From an uncultured Eubacteriales bacterium (GTDB lineage: Bacteria > Acidobacteriota > Aminicenantia > Aminicenantales > Aminicenantaceae), in assembly GCA_964580235.1 (NCBI GenBank), contig CAZOJY010000003.1:934-64933 (forward strand): 64,000 nt of DNA, read 5' to 3'. Within the stretch, counting starts at the first letter, position 1. The number at the start of each line of letters is the position of its first letter. The notes beneath the pieces are model-generated. The model saw nothing but the letters and a program-made list of their open reading frames with translations, searched no databases and was not told the origin of the DNA. Made by a program: the position numbers and the translations under genes. Shown here piece by piece: positions 45,774 to 53,972 of the stretch.

Positions 45774-46455
45774 ACTGCAAAATATTGTAAAAAAATTTGA
45801 GATCCCGTCCGGCCAAACACACACAACCGTCCTCAATGACATCTCGCTTCTTGTCAACTCGGGTGAATCGGTGGCTGTGGTAGGACCGTCGGGATCAGGG
45901 AAAAGCACCCTGTTGAACATCATGGGGGCGCTGGATAAACCGACCTCCGGCAGTGTGATGTTTCTAGGGAAAAATCTGGCGGAATGTAAAGATGCGGAAC
46001 TTTCCCGAATCCGGAATAGAGAGATCGGTTTTGTGTTCCAACTTCATCATCTGCTGCCCCAGTGCACAGCTTTGGAAAATGTTTTGATCCCCACGATTCC
46101 TTTCAGACATAAAAAAGAAAATGACGATGTGAAGAACCGGGCAAAAAAATTGCTGGAGAGAATTGGCCTTGAAAAGCGCATGGATTATTTTCCGGCACAA
46201 CTGTCCGGGGGAGAGATGCAGCGGGTGGCCGTTGTCAGGGCTCTGATAAACAGGCCGAAGCTAATCCTGGCGGATGAGCCGACAGGCTCGCTCGATCGCG
46301 AATCCTCCGAAAATCTTGGCCGTCTCATGGTAGAAATGAACAAAGAAGAGAAGACCACTTTGATTGTGGTCACCCATTCATTTGATTTTGCCAGGCTTAT
46401 GGAAAGGATTTTAAAACTCCAAGATGGAAAATTGGAAAACTATGTGATCCCATGA
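45760..46455 (+). CDS. ABC transporter ATP-binding protein (LolD/MacB/YbbA-like)
   Basis: 231 aa. Walker A GPSGSGKST, Q-loop, signature LSGGEMQRVAV, Walker B LILADEPTGSLD. 14-nt overlap with the GT4 gene. Confidence 0.9.
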   Translation: MMLLELQNIVKKFEIPSGQTHTTVLNDISLLVNSGESVAVVGPSGSGKSTLLNIMGALDKPTSGSVMFLGKNLAECKDAELSRIRNREIGFVFQLHHLLPQCTALENVLIPTIPFRHKKENDDVKNRAKKLLERIGLEKRMDYFPAQLSGGEMQRVAVVRALINRPKLILADEPTGSLDRESSENLGRLMVEMNKEEKTTLIVVTHSFDFARLMERILKLQDGKLENYVIP

Positions 46456-49400
46456 ATCTTGGAAAATTTTGCATCCGCAGTTTGGCATTTTATCGGAAAA
46501 CACATGTCTGGGTTGTTCTGGGGACGATGGCAAGCACGGCCGTACTGGTCGGCGCTCTGGTTATCGGCGATTCTGTTCGGCAAAGCCTTGAAAAGATTGT
46601 TTTTGACAGGCTTGGGAAAACAGAGTTCGCCCTTTCCTCGGGGGACCGTTTTTTCCGATCCAGAATGGCAGATGATCTTGCGGTATCCCTGAATACGGCT
46701 GTTGCGCCTCTCCTGCAGACGAGAGGAATAGCCATCGCCAGCGGCGGAAAGAGCAGGGCCAATAACGTTCAGGTTGTCGGTGTGGATACCCGTTTTGGGC
46801 AGATCGGCGGAGCAAAGGACCTCTACGGCCAGATGGCTCCGGGTGAAGCCATCATCAACCGCCCTTTGGCTTTGCGTCTGGGCATTGGGGAAAATGATGA
46901 GGTACTCCTGCGCATGAAAAAACTGGATGTCCTGCCAAAAGATGCCCCTCTCTCCTTAGATTCCGATTCTGCGGTAGCGCGGCGTTTTACTGTTAAAAGG
47001 GTGGCGTCGGATGGGGAGTTCGGGAGGTTTAATCTCCGAGCTGACCAGCTTGCACCCCTCACCGCTTTTATTTCCCTCCCTTATTTAGCAAAAGAAATGG
47101 GCTTTGGGGGAAGGGCCAATGTTCTTCTTGTCTCAAATAGGTCAGAAGCGCCTCTGGATATCCCGGAGTTGCGCGAGGCGCTCAAACAGGCCTGGACTCT
47201 AGCCGATGGCGGCTTCGAACTGACCGATATTCCAGACAGGAATGTTGTCGAGCTCCAATCGGCCAGAATCTTCCTCGATCCTCCTGTTGTCGATGCTTCC
47301 ATGAAAATTGGCGGTGCGGCCCAGCCCATATTGACCTATTTTGTTAATGAACTACGGCATGGCAGCAGATCTACTCCTTATTCTTTTGTTTCCTCCCCGG
47401 GGTCACCCTTAGTTTCATCCCGCATGAAGGATGATGATATCATTATCAATGCTTGGCTTGCCGAAGATTTAGATGCAGGGGTCGGGGATCAGATCCATCT
47501 GACCTATTATGTCCTGGATTCAGGGCGGAAATTGCGGGAAAAAAGTTCTGATTTCAGCGTTAAAAATGTTGTGCCTCTGGAAGGCATGTATGCCGACAGA
47601 GATTTGCTGCCGAATTTTCCTGGATTATCCGGCGCAGAGAACTGCCGGGACTGGGATCCAGGGATCCCGGTAGATTTGAATAAAATCCGGGACAAAGATG
47701 AGGATTATTGGGACGCTTTCAGAGGAACCCCCAAAGCGTTTGTGACTCTGAATGCGGCCCAGAGCATGTGGGCCAACCGATTCGGAAGTTTAACGGCAGT
47801 CCGGTTTGCCGGATTGAAGATTGATGATGTTGAGAATGCCATAAAAAATGCTCTGGATCCTGCCAGTCTCGGGTTTGTCTTCCAGGAGGTTAAGAAAGAA
47901 GGGCTCAGGGCAAGTTCGCAGTCGGTAAATTTTTCTCAACTTTTCATGGGATTAAGTTTTTTTATTGTCGTTGCCGCCCTGTTGCTGACGGGTCTGCTGT
48001 TTGTTTTCAACACAGAAAATCGATCTGAAGAAAACGGATTGTTATTGGCACTGGGGTTCTCCAGAAAAGCGGTGAAATGGATGGTTCTCCGCGAAGGGGC
48101 CGTGCTTGTTATGATCGGCAGCATGTTGGGAGGCATTGGAGGAGTCCTGTATAACTTTCTCATCTTGAGTGCGTTAAAAACTGTCTGGCGTGGGGCGGTG
48201 GGCACCTCTGCACTCCATATTCATCTCCAAATAACCTCACTGGTTTTGGGCGTGTCGGCAGGTATTGTTGTCGCCTTTTTTAGCATATGGCTGGTGACGC
48301 AGAGACACATTCATCAGCCTATCACGGGCCTGCAGAGAGGACTTGCAAAAATCGAAACAATCGGAACAAAAAAGCCCCGAACCAGCCTGCTCGTCGGCAT
48401 TTCGTGCCTGACCGCAATCTCGATTATCCTGGTCATCGCAGATTTTGGCAGAGGAACCCAGGCTTTTGCTTTTTTCTTTTCGGCTGGTTTTCTGTTTCTT
48501 ATCGGAGGAATGGCTTTTATAAATGTTGGACTTTATCATCTGGGGAAAAAAACGGAAAAAGTTCGGTTGAACATCTTCAACATCGGCTTCCGAAATACAA
48601 TGAGAAAACGCACACGGAGCATCACTCTTGTGGGGCTTCTGGCCTGCGGCCTTTTCATTGTGTTTACGGTTGGGGCCAACCGCCTGAATGCCCTTAAAGA
48701 TGCAGAGAGAAGGGACTCGGGCACAGGAGGATTTGCTCTCTATGGTGAAAGCTCAATTCCGGTCCTGTATGATCTCAACTCCCAAAAAGGAAAAACGTTT
48801 TACGGATTGGATGCGAAAGGACTGGAAGATGTGAGTTTTGTCCAATTTCGAATAAAGGAAGGAGACGATGCCAGCTGTTTGAATCTTAATCGTGTCTCCA
48901 ACCCGCAGCTGATCGGGGCTAACCCAGAGGAACTTTCCAAGAGAAATGCCTTTACGTTCGCCGCTATGACGAAGGATGTCGATCCAAATAATCCCTGGAT
49001 GGTTTTAGCAAAAAATTTACCCGATGGCACAATCCCGGCTGTGGCCGATTTAACCGTTATCATGTGGGGGCTTGGAAAAGCCGTGGGGGATACGCTGACT
49101 TACATGGATGAAAAAGGAGAAGCGTTCGATTGCAAATTGGTTGGGGGATTGGCCAATTCCATTTTTCAGGGGAACCTCATCATCTCTGAAAAAACACTCA
49201 TTCATAAGTACCCCTCCTCGGGGGGATATGGACTCTTTCTCGTTGATGCTCCTCCAGAGAGGGCGGCAGATGTTTCCAAAAGTCTAACCTGGGCCCTGCT
49301 AGACCAGGGCCCGGACTTGATGCCGGCATCCACCCGTCTGGCCGAGTTCAACACGGTACAAAACACTTATCTATCCATTTTTCTGATTCTGGGAAGCCTT

Positions 49401-49745
49401 GGGTTGATTCTGGGAAGCGTGGGTTTGGGAATCGTCACCTGGCGCAATATCCATGAACGAAGAGGAGAATTGGCACTGCTCCAGGCCCTGGGCTACAGCA
49501 AAAAAACCGTTCAGACCATTCTCCTTTCCGAGCATGTGGCCCTTCTGATGGCCGGTATCATTTTAGGAATTCTTGCCGCCCTGCTGGCAACCCTTCCCTC
49601 TGTATTGACTCCGGGTCAGGAAATCCCTTATCCTACAATTCTTGTGATTTTAATTGCTGTCAGCCTGAATGGAGGAATTTGGACGTATCTGGCTTCTGTG
49701 TGGGCAACACGGGGCGATCTCATCCAGGCCATAAGAAATGAGTAA
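46452..49745 (+). CDS. Large FtsX-family ABC permease with two FtsX modules (YbbP/MacB-like)
   Basis: 1097 aa with an ATGA overlap with the ATPase gene. N-terminal TM helix, a ~430-aa extracytoplasmic domain, a three-helix FtsX bundle, central TM helices, a second ~230-aa extracytoplasmic domain and a second FtsX bundle at the C-terminus. Confidence 0.85.
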   Translation: MNLGKFCIRSLAFYRKTHVWVVLGTMASTAVLVGALVIGDSVRQSLEKIVFDRLGKTEFALSSGDRFFRSRMADDLAVSLNTAVAPLLQTRGIAIASGGKSRANNVQVVGVDTRFGQIGGAKDLYGQMAPGEAIINRPLALRLGIGENDEVLLRMKKLDVLPKDAPLSLDSDSAVARRFTVKRVASDGEFGRFNLRADQLAPLTAFISLPYLAKEMGFGGRANVLLVSNRSEAPLDIPELREALKQAWTLADGGFELTDIPDRNVVELQSARIFLDPPVVDASMKIGGAAQPILTYFVNELRHGSRSTPYSFVSSPGSPLVSSRMKDDDIIINAWLAEDLDAGVGDQIHLTYYVLDSGRKLREKSSDFSVKNVVPLEGMYADRDLLPNFPGLSGAENCRDWDPGIPVDLNKIRDKDEDYWDAFRGTPKAFVTLNAAQSMWANRFGSLTAVRFAGLKIDDVENAIKNALDPASLGFVFQEVKKEGLRASSQSVNFSQLFMGLSFFIVVAALLLTGLLFVFNTENRSEENGLLLALGFSRKAVKWMVLREGAVLVMIGSMLGGIGGVLYNFLILSALKTVWRGAVGTSALHIHLQITSLVLGVSAGIVVAFFSIWLVTQRHIHQPITGLQRGLAKIETIGTKKPRTSLLVGISCLTAISIILVIADFGRGTQAFAFFFSAGFLFLIGGMAFINVGLYHLGKKTEKVRLNIFNIGFRNTMRKRTRSITLVGLLACGLFIVFTVGANRLNALKDAERRDSGTGGFALYGESSIPVLYDLNSQKGKTFYGLDAKGLEDVSFVQFRIKEGDDASCLNLNRVSNPQLIGANPEELSKRNAFTFAAMTKDVDPNNPWMVLAKNLPDGTIPAVADLTVIMWGLGKAVGDTLTYMDEKGEAFDCKLVGGLANSIFQGNLIISEKTLIHKYPSSGGYGLFLVDAPPERAADVSKSLTWALLDQGPDLMPASTRLAEFNTVQNTYLSIFLILGSLGLILGSVGLGIVTWRNIHERRGELALLQALGYSKKTVQTILLSEHVALLMAGIILGILAALLATLPSVLTPGQEIPYPTILVILIAVSLNGGIWTYLASVWATRGDLIQAIRNE

Positions 49746-49799
49746 GTCAGAAAAAAATAGCTCAGGGAGATTGAATTCCTATCAAATAGGAGAATAATC

Positions 49800-51173
49800 A
49801 TGAAGGGAAAGATCATCGTCTTCGCCTTGGTGCTGACCGTTATATCTATGGCCAATGTCATGCAGGCACAGGAGAACTGGCCTCACTGGCGTGGACCCCA
49901 TCACAACGGGATCAGTGATGCCAAAAACCTGCCGATGACATGGAGCCAAACAGAAAATATCGTCTGGAAAACAGCATTGCCTTCCTGGAGTGCCGCAACC
50001 CCTATTATTTGGGGAGGCCGGATTTTCATCACTTCTCCTTCCAAAGCCGAATCCAAACCAGAACCGGAGAAAAAACAGCAACCTGAGCAGAACCAAACCA
50101 GAAGAAGAAGGCGGAGAGCGGCACGTAATCCCGGAGGTCCGGAACTGCTGTTGTTGTGTGTTTCCAAAAAAGACGGCAGGATTCTCTGGAAGCGCACGCT
50201 AGACGATAAAAACCAGATACACAACAAACAAAACGATGCCACTCCTTCTCCTGTGACGGATGGAAAACATGTCTGGGCGGTTACAGGAACAGGCAAAGTC
50301 GCCGCTTTTGATATGGATGGCAAACTGATCTGGAAAAAAGATCTTCAGCAGGACTATGGTCCGTTCGGCCATAACTGGGGATACGGTTCTTCCCCTCTCC
50401 TTCATAATGGCCGATTGATCATCGAAGTCCTGCATGGCATGAGAACAGATGATCCCTCCTATATTGTCTCCCTGAATGCGGAGACAGGCAAAGTCCAATG
50501 GCGTCAGGAACGGCCGACAGATGCCGTAAGAGAATCACCCGATGCTTATACAACGCCTGTCATTCTCGAATACAAAAATCAGACCCAGATCGTCATTTCC
50601 GGAGGAGACTATATCACGGGACATGACATCAAAACCGGTAAAGAAATATGGCGGGCAGGCGGGTTGAATCCCCTGAAGCGTCCGAATTATCGGATTGTTC
50701 CCACTCCGATCGTCGTGGATGGTTTGATCTATGCGCCAAGCCGGAAAAAACCCCTTCTGGCACTGAAAGTCGGGGGAGCAGGGGATATTACTGAAAGCCA
50801 TCTCGTTTGGAAGTATGAGGGATCGGCAGCCCCTGATGTTCCTTCGCCGGTTTGCGATGGGACGCGTTTTTACATGGTTGACGATCGTGGATTGGTGACT
50901 TGTCTGGATGCCAAGACCGGAGCCCTGATCTGGGGACCGGAAACGACAACCGAAGGTATCGTGAGTGCCTCCCCGATTCTGGCCGGCGGCAGACTCTACA
51001 TCATAAATGAGAATGGGGTAACGTCGATCGCTTCAGTTGGAGCGGAATTCAAGCTGCTCGGAACGAATGAATTGGATGGCACATACACTCTCGCTTCACC
51101 TGCAGTTTCTGGATCACAACTTTTTATCCGGACGTCCTCTCACCTGTACTGCATTGAACAGGAGAAAAAATAA
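49800..51173 (+). CDS. Exported PQQ-like beta-propeller repeat protein, paralog C
   Basis: 457 aa with a signal peptide (MKGKIIVFALVLTVISMANVMQA). ENWPHWRGPHHNG motif. A low-complexity basic insert (KPEPEKKQQPEQNQTRRRRRRAARNPGG) in the first blade. Blades AFDMDGKLIW, SLNAETGKVQW, GHDIKTGKEIW and CLDAKTGALIW. AGGAGA RBS. Confidence 0.8.
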   Translation: MKGKIIVFALVLTVISMANVMQAQENWPHWRGPHHNGISDAKNLPMTWSQTENIVWKTALPSWSAATPIIWGGRIFITSPSKAESKPEPEKKQQPEQNQTRRRRRRAARNPGGPELLLLCVSKKDGRILWKRTLDDKNQIHNKQNDATPSPVTDGKHVWAVTGTGKVAAFDMDGKLIWKKDLQQDYGPFGHNWGYGSSPLLHNGRLIIEVLHGMRTDDPSYIVSLNAETGKVQWRQERPTDAVRESPDAYTTPVILEYKNQTQIVISGGDYITGHDIKTGKEIWRAGGLNPLKRPNYRIVPTPIVVDGLIYAPSRKKPLLALKVGGAGDITESHLVWKYEGSAAPDVPSPVCDGTRFYMVDDRGLVTCLDAKTGALIWGPETTTEGIVSASPILAGGRLYIINENGVTSIASVGAEFKLLGTNELDGTYTLASPAVSGSQLFIRTSSHLYCIEQEKK

Positions 51174-51174
51174 G

Positions 51175-52515
51175 ATGATTAAAAAAACAGCTGTGTTGAT
51201 GGGATTCTTTTTCATCTCGACGAGCCTTTTTTATGCGGCTGAAAATGCTTCAAAGGCTGAAAAGTACTGGCCCCAATGGCGAGGGCCTTTCATGACAGGC
51301 GTCTCGCCCGAAGGAAATCCAGCCGTTGAATGGAGTGAAACAAAAAACGTAAAGTGGAAAATTGCCATTCCTGGAAAGGGGCATGCCACTCCTATCATAT
51401 GGGAAGATCAAATTATTTTATTGACAGCGGTTGAAAGCGATAAAGAAGGCAGCGCCCCGGCAAATAATCAGGGGCAGCAGCGCGGTCGTGGCATGCCTGT
51501 AAAGCGAACGACAAAAATTCACAAGTTTGTTGTTTTGGCTGTTGACCGGAAGGATGGGAAAATACTCTGGCAGAAAACAGTCCAAGAAGAAATGCCTCAA
51601 GAAGGAAGACATGAATTCGGCAGCTGGGCTTCTCATTCCCCTGTGACTGACGGTCACCATATCTATGCCTACTTTGGATCCCGCGGTCTCTATTGCCTGG
51701 ATATGCAGGGCAATCTCAAGTGGGAGAGGGATTTTGGCCAAATGTCCAAAAGAATGAATTTTGGGGAAGGGAGCTCTCCGGCACTTTATGGAGAAAAAGT
51801 CATCATCAACTGGGATCACGAAGGGCAGTCGTTCATTATCGCACTGGATAAAAAAACAGGTGAGGATGTATGGAAGGTCGATCGAGATGAAACCACTTCA
51901 TGGGCCACACCTTATGTCGTCGAAGTCAGCGGGAAACCTCAGGTTATCACAAGCGCCACCAAACTCATCCGCAGCTATGACGTTGATACCGGTGAATTGA
52001 TCTGGGAATGTGGCGGGATGACTCAGAATGCCATTCCCACGCCGTTTGCCGCTGACGGCCTCCTTTATGTCATGAGCGGCTTCCGGGGAAATGCCCTGCT
52101 GGCAATCCGGCTGGCTCAAGCAAAGGGTAACATCAGCGATACCGATGCCATTGTTTGGAGATACGACAGGGATACGCCATACGCCCCTTCAGCACTGCTC
52201 TACGGAAATTATCTGTATTTTCTCAAAAGCAATAACGGAATTCTTTCCTGTTTTGATGCCAAAACGGGAAGAGAAATCTATACTGGTCAAAGGCTGGAAG
52301 GATCGGGAAATATATTCGCTTCTCTAGTGGGAGCCGATGACCGGATTTATATCGCCGGGCAAAAAGGCATTTTTTTTGTGATTAAACACGGACCTGAATT
52401 TAAAATTCTGGCAAAGAATACCCTGGATGATAATTTTAATGCTTCTCCTGCATCGGTGGGAAATCAGCTCTTTTTGAGAGGATACAAAAATTTATACTGC
52501 ATCGAAGAGGAATAA
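51175..52515 (+). CDS. Exported PQQ-like beta-propeller repeat protein, paralog D
   Basis: ORF starts at 51037. ATG 51175 lies 1 nt after the previous stop and gives MIKKTAVLMGFFFISTSLFYA. KYWPQWRGPFMTG motif. Blades AVDRKDGKILW, CLDMQGNLKW, ALDKKTGEDVW, SYDVDTGELIW and CFDAKTGREIY. Confidence 0.8.
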   Translation: MIKKTAVLMGFFFISTSLFYAAENASKAEKYWPQWRGPFMTGVSPEGNPAVEWSETKNVKWKIAIPGKGHATPIIWEDQIILLTAVESDKEGSAPANNQGQQRGRGMPVKRTTKIHKFVVLAVDRKDGKILWQKTVQEEMPQEGRHEFGSWASHSPVTDGHHIYAYFGSRGLYCLDMQGNLKWERDFGQMSKRMNFGEGSSPALYGEKVIINWDHEGQSFIIALDKKTGEDVWKVDRDETTSWATPYVVEVSGKPQVITSATKLIRSYDVDTGELIWECGGMTQNAIPTPFAADGLLYVMSGFRGNALLAIRLAQAKGNISDTDAIVWRYDRDTPYAPSALLYGNYLYFLKSNNGILSCFDAKTGREIYTGQRLEGSGNIFASLVGADDRIYIAGQKGIFFVIKHGPEFKILAKNTLDDNFNASPASVGNQLFLRGYKNLYCIEEE

Positions 52516-52528
52516 AGGCATTTATTCC
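52509..52528. terminator. Small AT-rich hairpin (GGAATAAA-ggca-TTTATTCC) between two convergent operons, a possible bidirectional terminator
   Basis: Read directly: 8-bp exact stem and 4-nt loop. It spans the stop codon of gene D (52513-52515) and lies 3 nt from the stop of gene B (52531). Weak stem and no clear U-tract. Confidence 0.25.
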
Positions 52529-52530
52529 GC

Positions 52531-53943
52531 TCATTTGCTTATCGCATAAAGGTGCCGGCGTGTGCGAATAAAAAGGATTTTTGCAGAAATGGCCGGTGAA
52601 GCCATACAAATTTCTCCCATCTCATTTACCGCCAGGTGTTCGTATTTTTGACCCGCCTTTACGATGTGGATATTGCCATATTCATCTGAAAAATACAGCC
52701 TTCCATCAGCTGCCACAGGCGATGCAGAATAGGAACTTAAGTCGCCGCCGATCGGGATCCGGTACATTTCCTCTCCGGTTTTCGCCGCATAACACGTCAG
52801 GATTCCCGCATTGTCTCCGACATAAAGAAGATCATCCAGAACCAAGGGTGTGGGCTGGTATGAACCTCTCCTGGGGTAAAACCAGGGGATGAATGGGTTG
52901 GATTTTTCATTTCTGGCCAGCGAAATATCACCTTCGGCTTCGAGCCGTATGGCATAAATGGGACGCATTCTCCCATGTGCATTGGTGATGAAAACCAAAC
53001 CGTTGGATACGACCGGAGTCGGACAGGGAACATCTCCTCCTCCGTGCATCCACCATATGGCTTTTCCTGTTTCGACATCATAGCCGCCGATGTGTTTGTA
53101 TCCGTTAACGATAACCTGAGTCCGCTCATCTGATTTATGGATTGTGGGTGTTCCCCAGGTCGGATTTTCGTCTCTCTGTGTCCGCCATATGTCTTTTCCG
53201 GTCTCCAGATCCAGGGCTGTGATAAAGGACTGATTGTTCACATCGCAGAGCACGATGGCTTTGTCCTCATATATGATGGGGGAGCTGCCGAAACCCCATT
53301 GGATTTCGGGCACATCGAAGGCCCCGGCATCCAGGTAGCCCAGATCTTTTGTCCAGAGAAGAGTTCCTTCAAGATCATAGCAGTACAATCCCTGGGAACC
53401 GAAAAAAACGAGAAGGTGCTTCCCATCTGTAGCCGGGGTGCAGTTGGCATGACTGGATTTGATGTGACGTTTCACCTTGGGCTTTCCGCTGTAGGCTGTC
53501 CTCTCCCAGATCAGTTCTCCGGATTTTCGGTCGAAACAGAAGACCTTGTAGTGATGAATGAAATCTTCAGGATTGTCCGGGCTTTCCCCGTATCTGCCGA
53601 CCTTCAGATAAGCCTCTCTGCCTTCTCCGACTGCCGTGGTTAGAAAAACCCGCTCTTTCCAAACGACAGGCGAGGAGTGTCCCAGCCCCGGGATCTCTCG
53701 CTTCCAGAGGATATGGGTTCCCATTTTAACATCCCAGTTTAAAGGGAGGTCTTGTCCGGCGGCGATTCCTGATGCGTTAGGACCGCGGAATTGAGGCCAG
53801 TTTTCTGTTGAAACTGCTGCCGGTGAGGAATCTTCTGCAGCCGCGAGGCTGTGTTCATCTGTCTCTGATGATACTGTGTTTGAACAGGATAGTGATATTA
53901 CCGCAATAAAACACACAAAAAGGAAGAGCTTTATTTTTTTCAT
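52531..53943 (-). CDS. Exported PQQ-like beta-propeller repeat protein, paralog B (closest paralog of A)
   Basis: 470 aa. Signal peptide [20 protein letters not shown] (possible lipobox). [13 protein letters not shown] motif. Collinear with paralog A along its whole length, with roughly half of aligned residues identical by eye (e.g. PKVKRHxKxSHANxTPATDG, NGxKHIGGYD, GGGDxPxPTPVV, NxAHGRxxPIYAI). Confidence 0.82.
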   Translation of the reverse strand: MKKIKLFLFVCFIAVISLSCSNTVSSETDEHSLAAAEDSSPAAVSTENWPQFRGPNASGIAAGQDLPLNWDVKMGTHILWKREIPGLGHSSPVVWKERVFLTTAVGEGREAYLKVGRYGESPDNPEDFIHHYKVFCFDRKSGELIWERTAYSGKPKVKRHIKSSHANCTPATDGKHLLVFFGSQGLYCYDLEGTLLWTKDLGYLDAGAFDVPEIQWGFGSSPIIYEDKAIVLCDVNNQSFITALDLETGKDIWRTQRDENPTWGTPTIHKSDERTQVIVNGYKHIGGYDVETGKAIWWMHGGGDVPCPTPVVSNGLVFITNAHGRMRPIYAIRLEAEGDISLARNEKSNPFIPWFYPRRGSYQPTPLVLDDLLYVGDNAGILTCYAAKTGEEMYRIPIGGDLSSYSASPVAADGRLYFSDEYGNIHIVKAGQKYEHLAVNEMGEICMASPAISAKILFIRTRRHLYAISK

Positions 53944-53972
53944 TCTTTCCTTATTCTATAATATTGGGATTT

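Noticed and set aside
31765-52515. Interpreting the operon as a nos (N2O reductase) or nap (periplasmic nitrate reductase) cluster because of the NapG/NapH-like genes, the ABC transporter and the propeller proteins.
   Set aside because: There is no NosZ-type cupredoxin/CuA tail on any propeller. There are no NosD/NosL/NosY-like genes, no NapA molybdoenzyme and no NapB/NapC cytochromes, and I found no CxxCH motif in these proteins. Only the electron-donor logic is analogous.
30242-53943. Calling the eight propellers genuine PQQ-dependent quinoprotein dehydrogenases, or BamB orthologs.
   Set aside because: They have the PQQ_2/BamB-like repeat pattern only. I saw no cytochrome c domain, no pqqABCDE genes in the window, and no features I could confidently equate with the PQQ/Ca site. 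Eight copies with diverse anchors argue against a simple BamB role. They are left as PQQ-like propellers of unknown function.
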